64,000 nt of DNA, from positions 10,607,660-10,671,659 of the forward strand of contig OZ316893.1 in assembly GCA_973895155.1 (NCBI GenBank). The letters run 5' to 3'. The position numbers were made by a program, and so were the translations under genes. The notes under the pieces are model-generated. The model was not told the DNA's origin, did not search any database, and saw only the letters and a program-made list of their open reading frames with translations. The DNA is from Marsupella aquatica. Its lineage: Eukaryota > Plantae > Marchantiophyta. Positions 11,700 to 22,693 of this stretch are shown here, one piece after another (the first letter of the stretch is position 1; every line of letters begins with the position of its first letter).

Positions 11700-14600
11700 C
11701 AGGTTAGCAAGTGAACGACAGAGCTCAGCCAGAGATAAGCTTGCTTGGCATACTTATCCCAGTTCCACGGCTGTAGTATTGCTACAGCGCAAATATCTCG
11801 TAACGCCTATGTATCAAGCTACTGTAGTTTCTCCATGAGTTCCATGGCTACCGCAATGCTACCCTGCAAATATCTTCAAACTCCCATGTATCAAGGAAAT
11901 TTCTCCGTTAGGACGGTGGTCCAAGAAACTGGTAAAATATGAACGACGATTCCGGGGAAAAAGGCGGAGGCATGACAGAGGTCACTTCGAAATCAACCAA
12001 ACTGCATGGCAGAATTCCTGAAGCATGGCGTGGGAAGCTACCATTGTTTGACGTGGTCATGCTCGGGACGCTGGGTGGAGTTGTTGTACACGGGAATGAT
12101 GATGTTGTTCTGAGAACGAGCACAAAAGGTAGTGGGTCGGGATCGGTTGATATGCAACGTAGATTTGCAGGATCCAAGGTGGTTTTCACGGAATTGCTTT
12201 TGGGTTTTCCAATTTCCACGATCATTGTTCTTTGGTCAAAAAGTTGCGGTTGTAAGTACGTACGTAATGAACATGACCACGGTACAGCACAGTGTATTTG
12301 GAATGGATATGGATATGCTCAACTTGAAGTTAGTACTTATGTCTTGGAAGGACAATAATAATGCTTTAACGATCATAGGCTCGTTCTTGTACGCATCCAT
12401 ACGCGCACTCCTCCGTCATTTGCAGGTACGGCAGAGGTACAGAAACGGACTCCCTTGACCCCCTGAAAAACCTTTACAATGTTCAGCAAAAAGACAACAG
12501 AGGCTAATGAGGACCATAAATCGGACCCCCTTTCCAGCTTTCCAATGAACTCATCCTTTGCTGTGTATGTCGGTCATTGGCTCGGCTCACTGCAGAAAAG
12601 TACAGTGGTGGAGCTGAGCGTCTGAGCCTCAATATCTGCTGAAGTCAATATGATGGTGGTGCAGTTTTGATTGGCCTTTGGGACCAGAGGAAGGTTTATT
12701 GAGTGAATGAGTGGAGGAGAGTGATGGGACCTCGAAACCTCTATAACCAATATGCAAGGGCACAGTAGTTAAGAATGACACAAGAGGCATAGGCGAATGC
12801 TAGGCCCTCGTGTGCGAACTCTGATTTCTTGATTTTGTGCTCCTTTTATTCAAGGATTTTAGAAGCCAGAGAAGGAATCTCCCATCTGAGTGGTAGAGTG
12901 ACCATGAACAGGGTCAAATTAGCAACCCTAACAAATTATGCTGAATAACAAATTCATGTACCCTAATTACAAAGAGCTATCTACTGGATCGCAAAACCCA
13001 CATTTGATTAGCTGAGTTTTGTTCCCATGCTAGACCTCTAGATAAATGACTCTGTGTTCCACATGTGAGAAGTTCATGATATGGTTGTGGTTTTGTGTCT
13101 CTTTCTTGGACCTCTTTTGAGTGAAAACTTCTGAGATCTTTCTTCAATTTGGCAGTCTCTAGTGTGGTTCTAATTTTTTTCATGATTGGTAGCCATGATA
13201 TCATAGAACCAAAAACTTCATAGCTTGTCAAACACTTGAAGAGTGTAATTTAGTGTGATATGATTGGAAGCATAACTCAAAGGCTTATTTTGCAGAGAAG
13301 ACGTTTAGTGCCATCATTCTGTAAGAATTGGACTCATAAGAGCTTCGAAAACGATCCGTGTCGTTCCAGAACCTGAAACTGGAAAAGTTGCTCGACTCTG
13401 GCAAATCCTGCCATTTGCAAGGTGAGTCAACATACAGGGTTATAATCAAAGAATGCAGGTTTTCTGGACAAGGTGTCCTGGATTTGATGTATATGTAGAG
13501 AAGATATCTGGTACAAGAGTGGAGGAGCCATGCGTGAAAAAGCATCAAGCTCTAATCAATATGCGAGTTTGTTGTTTTCTTTCACTCTTTGAACTTCCGG
13601 GTAGTTTTCAATTGGGACAATTTACTGTTATCAAGAAATAATACCCAGAAGTCTCTCACTGAACAATATTCATCAGTCTTCCATCAATGAAAATGGGGAA
13701 GTAATGGGAACAGCAGGAGCGTCAATTAGACCTTTGTTCCCAATTCGACGCGACAGTACATTGGCAGGCACATTCTTCTTTTCCTTTTCTGAAATTTCCT
13801 ACTTCCAACGCATGGTTTGAAGAAATCGATACACAGGTTCTATATCTTCTTCTCCACTATTGTAGCGCAGAAACTCCCTTGTGAATCTCGGCTTGATCTG
13901 AGAGGAGCTACGGTAGTAGATCTACACTAAATCTATCTCTCAGTAACTTCAGTTCAAGATTGCTGGCCAAGAAGACATTAGTGAGAGTCCATACCAATAA
14001 CGCGCCTGACTCCAGTGACAAAAAAACCTCACAAAGGAAAACAGAGGATTTGAATTCTCACGAAAAGGACAAATCACAGATGACCTTACTTAAATTAGAA
14101 TCAATGATTAAACTCGCTAGTGGTGCAGATACAAGTCCTTTCTGCAATGACATTTCTTCACGAAAGGTGGGTCCATCTGAAAAGGCGAAAGTCCATCAGG
14201 AACTCACCACGACGATCATGAATTACACCTTCTCAAATCTACATGTCACGTTCTTCGTCTGCGTACAGGTCCAGATATTTCGCGGCAGCGTCTGTAATCC
14301 TGAAGGCTGTGATGCCATGGCAATCGTTCCAAGAAAATGTCGAAGAGGGATGAGGGTCCTCTCGAGATGATCGACTTTGAAAGCCCCGGGCTGTTTCCGG
14401 AACCTGACTCTGCAGGTCCTTGCTCAGAATGCAGGGACGAAGATGATTATTGATCATCTCGCTGCCGAAGTTGCCGGACGCTGAGGGTCTTCCTTTAATT
14501 GCAAAAGGCCCCCATTGTCGCGGCTGCTCTGGCTGCGCGCAGTTCCTCTACTGGCGAAGATTGCATCAGGGGGAGATGAAGGTAATGATTTGAAGCTGGA

Positions 14601-14760
14601 CAACTGAATCTAGAAAAGTAAAGCTCGAGACGAAGCTTGCAAAGCGCATCCATGCGGGAGGAGGAGATTGGGAGGAGGAGTCACTGTCATGATTCTCTGC
14701 AATTACAATACAGTGCTTACTGCTGAAGCCCGCGGGTGACAATAAGAGAATACTCATATC
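11700..14760 (-). pseudogene. Possible decayed multi-exon gene of unknown family
   Basis: Exon-like blocks after pyrimidine-rich AG acceptors, e.g. IKPRFTREFLRYNSGEEDIEPVYRFLQTMRWK*EISEKEKKNVPANVLSRRIGNK (~13897-13730) and DGPTFREEMSLQKGLVSAPLASLIIDSNLSK (~14176-14085). Internal stops, and no recognisable domain. Confidence 0.25.
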
Positions 14761-14975
14761 CAGGAATAGGACATCAGCGGGATCAGTGTGTCCCGAAGTG
14801 TCGAGAACTCACCACAAATGTGTAGCAGAGTGGATTGGGAGGAGTCACTGTCATGATTCTCTGCACATCCAATACAGTGCTTACTGCTGAAGCCCGTGGG
14901 TGACAATAGAATACCGACATCCAGGAACAGGAAATCAGTGTGATCAATCTGTCCCGAAGCGTCGAGAACTCACCA
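14666..14975. repeat. About 145-bp direct duplication
   Basis: GATTGGGAGGAG..TCACTGTCATGATTCTCTGC...GTCGAGAACTCACCAC occurs at 14666-14814 and 14833-14975. Confidence 0.9.
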
Positions 14976-15520
14976 CTAAGCAGATCGGCCAGAATAACAC
15001 ATTGTGTTCATTGCAGAGTGAATAGTGGCTACCGACAGCCAGAAATTCGATGATCAGGGCCAAGGACTAACAGAACTCGAGGATAACAACAACTCTGTTC
15101 GTCAAAGTGAGCCAACCGAATCCAAGAAGGAGCTTCCAAATTTCACATACCTCAGAATCATTTCAAGAACAACACAACGGACAGTCTTTCAAAGGGATGG
15201 GATGATCGTTTTGCCCCACCAACCTCCAAGAGCGAGCGTTCGGAGGATAAACAAAAGACGCGAGCACGACAAACAGGCAGTGGGCGAGAAAGGAAAAATA
15301 ATAATTTAAACTTCCAACCTGTGCATACTCGAGCAATTCAGAAGCACGATAAGCGATGATCGAGATAGTGAGCAACAAAAGAGGTCCTAGACAAAGAGAC
15401 TATCGAAATATGAGGAGGCAGTAAAAATAAATAAATAACTAATGGCTTTGGCGGGTTGGCCAAGGATTAGCCTAGAATTACATGCATGTTCCTGAGTAGA
15501 ACATCTATCCTGTGTTGAAT

Positions 15521-17979
15521 TGGAAAAATATATACTTTTTACAGAAAAGGGCCAAATAGAGTACAGAAGAATAAACAAGAGAGGTCCCAAGTGGACAAAA
15601 CCAAAGTCAAAAGAGGTGAGCAAAAAGAAACCCCTAAAAATCAAGAAAGAGTAACTAAAACTACCGCAAATGGACCGAGGTCCTCATCATTCCTAGCAAC
15701 TGTGGCAAAAAGCTAATGGTCTACATCAAGTGTCGAAACTAAATCGGCAAGTGGGATTGGAATGTCCTCTAGGGGGGCTAGCCACTCTGGAGTCATACTA
15801 GCACCCACTGTCAGAGATCGACGATAGATGGCCCGAGCTTGAGCACGCTATAAGGTGACTGAAATACGTTGGCAAAAGTGCATGGTCAAAACAGATAGCG
15901 GGGGTCCAGTGGGACCCATCCGGCCGTGAACATCCCAAGCAGCTTGGCGAAGAAGCCCGTCGAACTGATGATGGAGACGCCCAAATATCTCAAGAGCAAG
16001 GGGCAGGAAGTTATCAGATGAAGCTCGTGCAGCATGTTTGGCCTCCTTTGTTGTTGCTGCTCGTGATGTTGCTGCCCCTACCGTTGTTGCCGCTGTCCCA
16101 ATGATATCTTGGCGCAATGGGTTTGCCACCACTACATCTACCAAAGTACGGTGACCCTCACGGACCATGGTAAGATCCACCCGTAACCGCTGTGATGGAG
16201 GACTAGGTAACTCGAGCACCACCTCCCGCCGTGCGCAGACCAAAGAGCCAGAAAGAACCTGAGCAATGGCATCTCTCACAACGTCGTGAACAAAAATGGT
16301 TTCGCCGCCCAAACTACATCGAAGATGATGGACACCTGTGGCATCACAAGGCTTCCCACAAGTGCAAGTAGGAGGTAAACCAGCAAGAAGTGGGTGGGGC
16401 AAGCCCATATGAAGACACATGGCTGTCGCAAACTCCACTGAAGACATCTGTAGGTGAGGAATGATTGGATTGGCCTGAAGCCAGCCTCCTGCGCCCTTCC
16501 CTCCGAAAGAAAGAATCCGAGCTCGGTCCATGTCAGGTGCCTCGTTGAGGATGCTGGAGAGGGTGAAAGTGTGCATACGCCCAGCAAGGTCTGCCTGAAG
16601 ACGGACGGGGTCCAAGGATAAAAACTCCTGAAATGAAGGTAACGCAGCTCGAATAGGATTTGGTAATGATGACCGTGCCGCGCGCAAATGAACCTGAAAT
16701 GGGAGGGAACCCTCCTCTACTTCCATGAGAGACGAAAGTAAACAAGGTCGATCCTCAGTAAGGAAACGATCTGCCAACAATGAGAAGGCGGCCGCCCACG
16801 CACCCAAAAAGGCCAAAGGTGCAAGGCGCTCAGTGGAAGTAAGCCCAAAATCACCGTGAGAAATAGGAAGACTGAGCTGTCAATGAAGCCACGGAGATGA
16901 GAGCAAAGTACCTGGCCCTAAAAGAGAAGCCAAAGTCTCACGAATGGAGACATCAAACGCTCAGAGGTGTAGATACAGATCCTCCGTAGGGGGATGTGTC
17001 CGAGCCAAATAGGACGCACGAGGGTGGATGCATCGCAATAACAACCCAAATGCTGCTTGAGAATCTCCTAACTTAGGGAGCATAGGAGTAGGGGCTAAGG
17101 CAGCCTGTAGAGCGTCAGCAATGAAAGATGAGCAAAAGGAGGCGGTACCGACTAGGGACCCAAGGACCCGAAGACCGTCATTTGGACGTAAGAACCCAGG
17201 GGGAAGCGCAAGATCAGAGGGTAACCCAGCTGGACTCCATGCACGACTCTTCACCGGCTGAACCCGTAAACCAAGGCCCAACAAATGGGTGGAAAGGGTG
17301 GCGAGGGTAGAAGTAACCGCAACAGGTGGACCAATGATGTGGGTGTCATCTGAAAGGGAGGGGAAGATACACTCGGGGTGGGCCGCGTAGGCTTCCCGTA
17401 AAGCAGTAAAATGGGCAATGGCAAAAAGAAGCCCACCCAAAGGGTCACCCTGACGTGTACCTTCTGCAGAAGAAAGAGTGGTATACACTCCTGTAGAGGT
17501 GTGATGACTATAGAAGAGGGGGGCCTCGAGTCCATAAAAACAACGGACAAAGGGGATAAGGGACTGGATGTCTGGATCCGCCGCCCTCAAAGCACGAAAA
17601 ATTGCTGCCCAAGAAACCGTATTGAAAGCATTAGAGACATCAACCTGGAGGACAACCCAATCAGGGTGGAGGTCCAAGGTAGTACGAATACCCGCAATAA
17701 CTGTCTCACAACCGCCGAGAACGCCCACTGCAAATTGATGTGGAGAGAGATGATCCGATAGTGCAGAACGATACTGCGATGAAAGTGTGCGAGACACCAG
17801 ACGAAGAAAAACCTCTCCAATAGCTATGGGCCGAACACCCGGTGAAGACTTAGCCATGGCCAGTAAACGAGAAGCACTCAAAAGCCGAGAGACGGGAGGA
17901 GGCAAACGGCCGGCTGCAATACACTGGCAAAAGGAGAAAAAAACTAGAAAGCAGACTGAGGATCCTCTGGGGGGAATAA
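15521..17979 (-). mobile_element. CRE-clade non-LTR retrotransposon (RT + CCHC zinc knuckle + restriction-like endonuclease), 5'-truncated, with nonsense mutations
   Basis: One reading frame from about 17960 to 15713, broken by in-frame stops at 16961 (TGA), 16880 (TGA) and 15848 (TAG). RT motifs: GVRPIAIGEVFLRL, QFAVGVLGGCE, DVSNAFNTVSW, GTRQGDPLGGLLF, PSLSDDTHI. C-terminus: CTC..HHLRC..HDVVRD..RVDL..LVDVVV..KEAKH..FLPLALEIFG. Flanked by the direct repeat TGTGTTGAAT at 15511-15520 and 17980-17989. Confidence 0.88.
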
Positions 17980-20900
17980 TGTGTTGAATGAGTCTTCCTT
18001 TGGCTTTCAAGGCAAAAATAAAATTAAAATGTGAAAGGACCAATTTACAAAAATCTAGTGGGGTCCACCTCTTGCTATTTTTTTGAGACTAATTACTACA
18101 GTTCTTTTTTTTGATGTTGTTGTCACTGGCCATATCTAAGGACTGTCCAAGATTTCACCTTTTTCCCACATTCCACTCACTGGCTTCCTGTAAGTGCCAG
18201 TCTATTCCACCATTTCAGAAAAATTACTATGAATGATGAAACTTGGTGTATCCAGGTTTGATGATGATAGTGGCGGTTTAAGTGATTTCAACCTTGGTAA
18301 ACCAGAGAAATTCACATAACCCTGAGATTGTCACATTGAAGGACAGGGACATGGGGGTCACCTACTGTGAGGGTGGAGGAGGGCACTCTGGAAATAGGGA
18401 GGCACGAGGGTGGGGGGGGCGGAACATGCACGGGAGCCGGCACACTGCGCAGGTGGACCAGTGGTGGGGGTGCATGAGTCTGGTCTGAGGGCATTGGAAA
18501 CCAGGTGTCCATTTTCTTTAGATTTGACATGTTTTGTTCCCAGATGAACACTTTGAGGCCATGTACTCATACTCATGTGGACAGTAAGTAAGAGAATGTT
18601 AGGGCTTACCAAAGATAAATGTTTAATCTTAAAGAGAGGACAAATAGTCCAGGAAACAATGAATTCTTTAGTGCTATCCCAGCTCACACAAACAAAAGAA
18701 AATTACTTCAAAACGCTTGTGAAACCTCAAAAGAGTTTTGTGATTTCTAGAGTACATATGAATCTTGATGTAAACATTAATTTTTCAGTCTATGCAATGT
18801 TTTTAAGACTAAACAACTAGAAGCAAGAGAACAATGTTTTGGAGTTTGCATTATTTCCTGGAAAAAAATAGTTAACAGCGCACAGATCTGGATGGCACCG
18901 GCCACAGTAGTCACTTAGCATAGAGTGATGTGTACTACTGTACTAGGTAAAGACTTTCATGACTTTTCTCTTTGTATATTTGAGTGCATTAATTATCCTA
19001 ATGCACTCTTTTTTTTGAGGAGGGGATTATACAAAACACCATAAATATAGTAAAAGTAAAAATTAAATATAGTTTTACCACAAAAAAATAAAATAAAATT
19101 TAGTCAAGATCTCAAGATGAGAACCAAATCTTATATGGTGATACTAACAAAATATCTATGAATAGAATCTAATATACCTAAAGAAGGTATATTTACGGAC
19201 CCCATTAGAGGTCCTTTCCAAAATTCCTGGCTCCACAGCACGCCACATCATCATGACATGCCACAAACAGGAAAGGACTTGTTTTTGGATAAAATTAACT
19301 TCTACATTCGTGTTTGTGGCAACTTTGCTGTAAAAACTAGGACGCCATGCTGTAAAAAACAATGTTAAAAAATTGACATGCAAATCAAAAGATAAAAAGA
19401 TTGAGGTAAAACTGCTCCCAATAACGGTTTTATTTTCATTTTGATTTTATTCAAAACATAAAATTTTCCTAACAACAATTTTTGATTTGACATTGTTGAG
19501 TCAAATCATAATGGAAACTCACATATAATATGGCATTGGAAAGATCTTGAAGAGGCGGTCGTGATGAGCTCAGCATTGTCACCATTCGATAAGAATTGAG
19601 TAAATAATTTGAAAAATAGATTTTACTCATGATTTTGTAATCTCTAATGTGAATAGAAATTTTTGTTGTACAACCCCTCAAATGTTGACCCCTTCCATGA
19701 AAATGAACCTAAAATTGATAGATTTTATCGAGTACTAAAGAGATTATTAATTTTAGAATTTCTTTAGTTGTTTAATGAACTTAACATTGATAGATTTAGT
19801 TGAGTTTTGAGGAGATTATAAGTTTCCAATGTTCTCTAACTTTCCAACAAGTGTGACATTGGGAGATTTTATCAAGTACTAAAGTGGTAATTTCTCTAGC
19901 TTTCGATCCATTCCGGATTCCACAATTGGAAATTTGTTTCCATGAAACTTTTTGTCTGACTAAAACAATTATGCAAGGTTAGTGATTTGATGACACCGAT
20001 GACTTCTCTCTGTTTGTCTATCTGCATGTAGGAATTGGAAAGTGATTACTTTCGATGCAACCTGAATGCATCCAGCATCCCTTTGATAACGTGGAGGAAA
20101 CCGTCGAACACCGTTTTGCTGAAGTGAGCAATTAAGCCGCCCACACATTAAACAGTAGTTCACATTGCAGCTTGTTTTGTGATTGATGTTAATTATGGTT
20201 GTCTTGGTAAGTTTGGCAATTGTTTCAAGTGTCAAACATTGACTTGTCCATTTTTGAAAGTTTTTTCTTAAGATTTGGAGGTCCATTTAGGCTTCAGTTT
20301 CTAGATAATTGCCTCTAAACTAACATGGGGGTCCACGGATTAATTTTGGCAAATTTCATAGCAATAACTTCTTGGATGACCCTTTAATTTGAATTTACTA
20401 TTTTAGGGATTCACTTTTTCTTGTTTGTTATCGAAAAGTCACTCAAGTTTTTACTAATTATAAATATACAATTTCTGTACCAGGAATTATCTTAATTTCA
20501 AAACATTATGCTCAATATGAGCTACTTAATTTTCAAAATAATGTGTACACTTAAGAGTAAGTGCATCAAGATGCACAGGATATCTTAAAAATCATCATAC
20601 AATCGCTCTTGCTGTTTTCACAAGTACTCAAAAATGTAATGTCACTCAGTCCAAAATTCTCATATACCAGGACCTTTCTTGTACATTAGTACTTTGTTTT
20701 ATTAGAATATTAAAACAAATATTTATCTTATTTTTATTGGAGAATGTTAATTGTTCCATGATTGTTTAAGTGACAAAAAACCTAGGCATTAATAGTGAAA
20801 TACTGAATTTAAAAATTAGGAAAATACGGAGTTGCAAAGCTAGTAAGACAGGGATCATACTTTGTGGTAGGGGTCATTAGGAAGCAAAATGAGATATAGC

Positions 20901-21657
20901 AGTACATAATAATTACAATAAGTAGCTGTTGTGCTTTGACCTGAAAGGCAGAGCTCACAAATATTTGAATTAAGCTAACACTATTTGCAACCATTCAGCT
21001 TAAGTGCTCACCACATTGGTTGAATGGGTAGGTTGGGCATGGAAAGTAGGGGGTTCAGCCTCGTCCTTCTCAACGGGAACCTTTTCTCGAGAGGGGTCAT
21101 TAGCAATGGACGGGGTCGCAGATACAGTTACTTTGTAAATAAGACTTTACTATATAGTTCAATCCTTTCAATGTTTTGTTGTTTTGTATATTTTGGACCT
21201 TTATGGAAGACAATGTCTATCACACAAGTGCACGGTCATTTTAAGATCTGTCCTCTACTTGTCTCTTGGAAGAAAAAAGTAAAATCTGAACTTGTATGAA
21301 ATTGGGATTTGTCTTAAGGTGAGAAGATAGGAGAAACCAAATGAAAAACATGAATGAAACATCTTTGAAATATCAAGTATCTAGTACCATCTCATTTATA
21401 CAAACACTTTAGCTTGAGTTTGAGGGGTTAGTTTTGCCCATATGGCTCTAGTAACAGAACCTTAATACATTGAAAGGCCTAAGATATTTTTCATTTTACT
21501 CATTTTAGTAGAAAGTAAGGGAGAATATTTAAAGTCAGTTAATCCAAATATTGTCTCTGCATTTTTCTCCAATAATAATGCCCATATCTTAAAGAAGAAA
21601 GATAAATATCACCAAGGAAATCAAAGGGTATATATGTTACCTTGTTGTTACGAGGGT

Positions 21658-21830
21658 AATATAATACCACACAATCTTACGAATAAATCTATCTTACTTA
21701 TAAATTGCAAAAAAATAAGCAATATAATACCACACAATCTTACGAATAAATCTTTCTTACTAATAAATTGCAAAAAAGCTAGAAAATTGGGAATCTATCT
21801 TACTAATAAATTGCAAAAAGAAGCTAGAAT
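21658..21830. repeat. About 63-bp tandem repeat (2 copies plus a partial)
   Basis: AATATAATACCACACAATCTTACGAATAAATCT..CTTACT.ATAAATTGCAAAAAA repeated. Confidence 0.9.
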
Positions 21831-21870
21831 TGGGGTTTACATTTCTAGTCTGAAGGCTCTAGACCGTGAG

Positions 21871-21891
21871 TTTAGGGTTTAGGGTCTAGGG
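21871..21891. promoter_or_regulatory. Telo-box-like interstitial TTTAGGG repeats upstream of the TIMELESS pseudogene
   Basis: TTTAGGGTTTAGGGTCTAGGG. Confidence 0.5.
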
Positions 21892-22108
21892 CTTCACCAA
21901 ATTTTCTAGATGGAAACACAGTGTCAAAATGAAGCATCACTACTAACTATTAACATTCAAAGTGTGGCATTCAGGCTCGTGCCGTGTAATAATATACAAA
22001 TGTGAGGGGTTGAATCGAGGGCCTCATGGAACCTTACCCCACACCGAAACAATTTCTCGTACGAGCGACAGGATGCGAAAGCGCGGGGGATTTACAAACT
22101 GCGGAAGT

Positions 22109-22116
22109 CCGCGAAA
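22109..22116 (-). promoter_or_regulatory. Putative E2F site (TTTCGCGG)
   Basis: Matches TTTSSCGS about 580 bp upstream of the TIMELESS ATG, which fits a replication-fork gene. Confidence 0.4.
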
Positions 22117-22693
22117 CGAAATGGAGTACCGACGAAGGGCTCGTTTTCAAACAGCAAGGGAGCCGTCGTTTTTTGCAATCAGGTCGAAGCAATTCTCTCA
22201 TTCAAGCTCTCGCAAACAAATCTTAGCTCGATCTACTCACACTCTGTCTGGGTTTCGTCCGTTACTACACTAGGATTAAGCATTTTGCCGAAAACTCAGC
22301 ACAGAAATGTTAGCTGTACAAACACTGTCTCTGTCTGTGCACGGGCTATTCGACCATCCGATGATCTTTGAATTTGACGCACGAAAGTTTCTTCAATGAT
22401 GGCTCCTGCAGTTGTTTTGAATGTCGCTGCAGCAATCGGGACTCGCGGTTACTCATTGTCTAAGTAGCAACTGACAAAAATTAAATCAAGCATGAAGCCC
22501 GGTTTCGTCCCCTGTCCCGTGTGATTTCTCGCTGCTGACGAGGGCCCCGCGGACGGACGGATGGACAAGACTTTGTTAGGGAGAGACCTTACCTCGGGAA
22601 TTGCACAGAGAAGTCCTCGTTTTTCTCTTGGGATCCCTTTCAAAGTAAGAGTGTATTGGATAGGTGCAAGCCCGCCTTGGTGCTGACGACGAG

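Noticed and set aside
15848-16963. Stop-codon rescue by U-to-C RNA editing or readthrough
   Set aside because: Such editing is organellar in plants; methylation-driven decay of a nuclear TE is the simpler explanation.
17980-18043. N-terminal 21 aa of the 360-aa RT ORF
   Set aside because: It lies in or beyond the TSD, so it is flanking DNA read through by chance and not a real start.
21871-21891. Telomere or chromosome-fusion scar
   Set aside because: Only three units; such short TTTAGGG runs are common in plant promoters.
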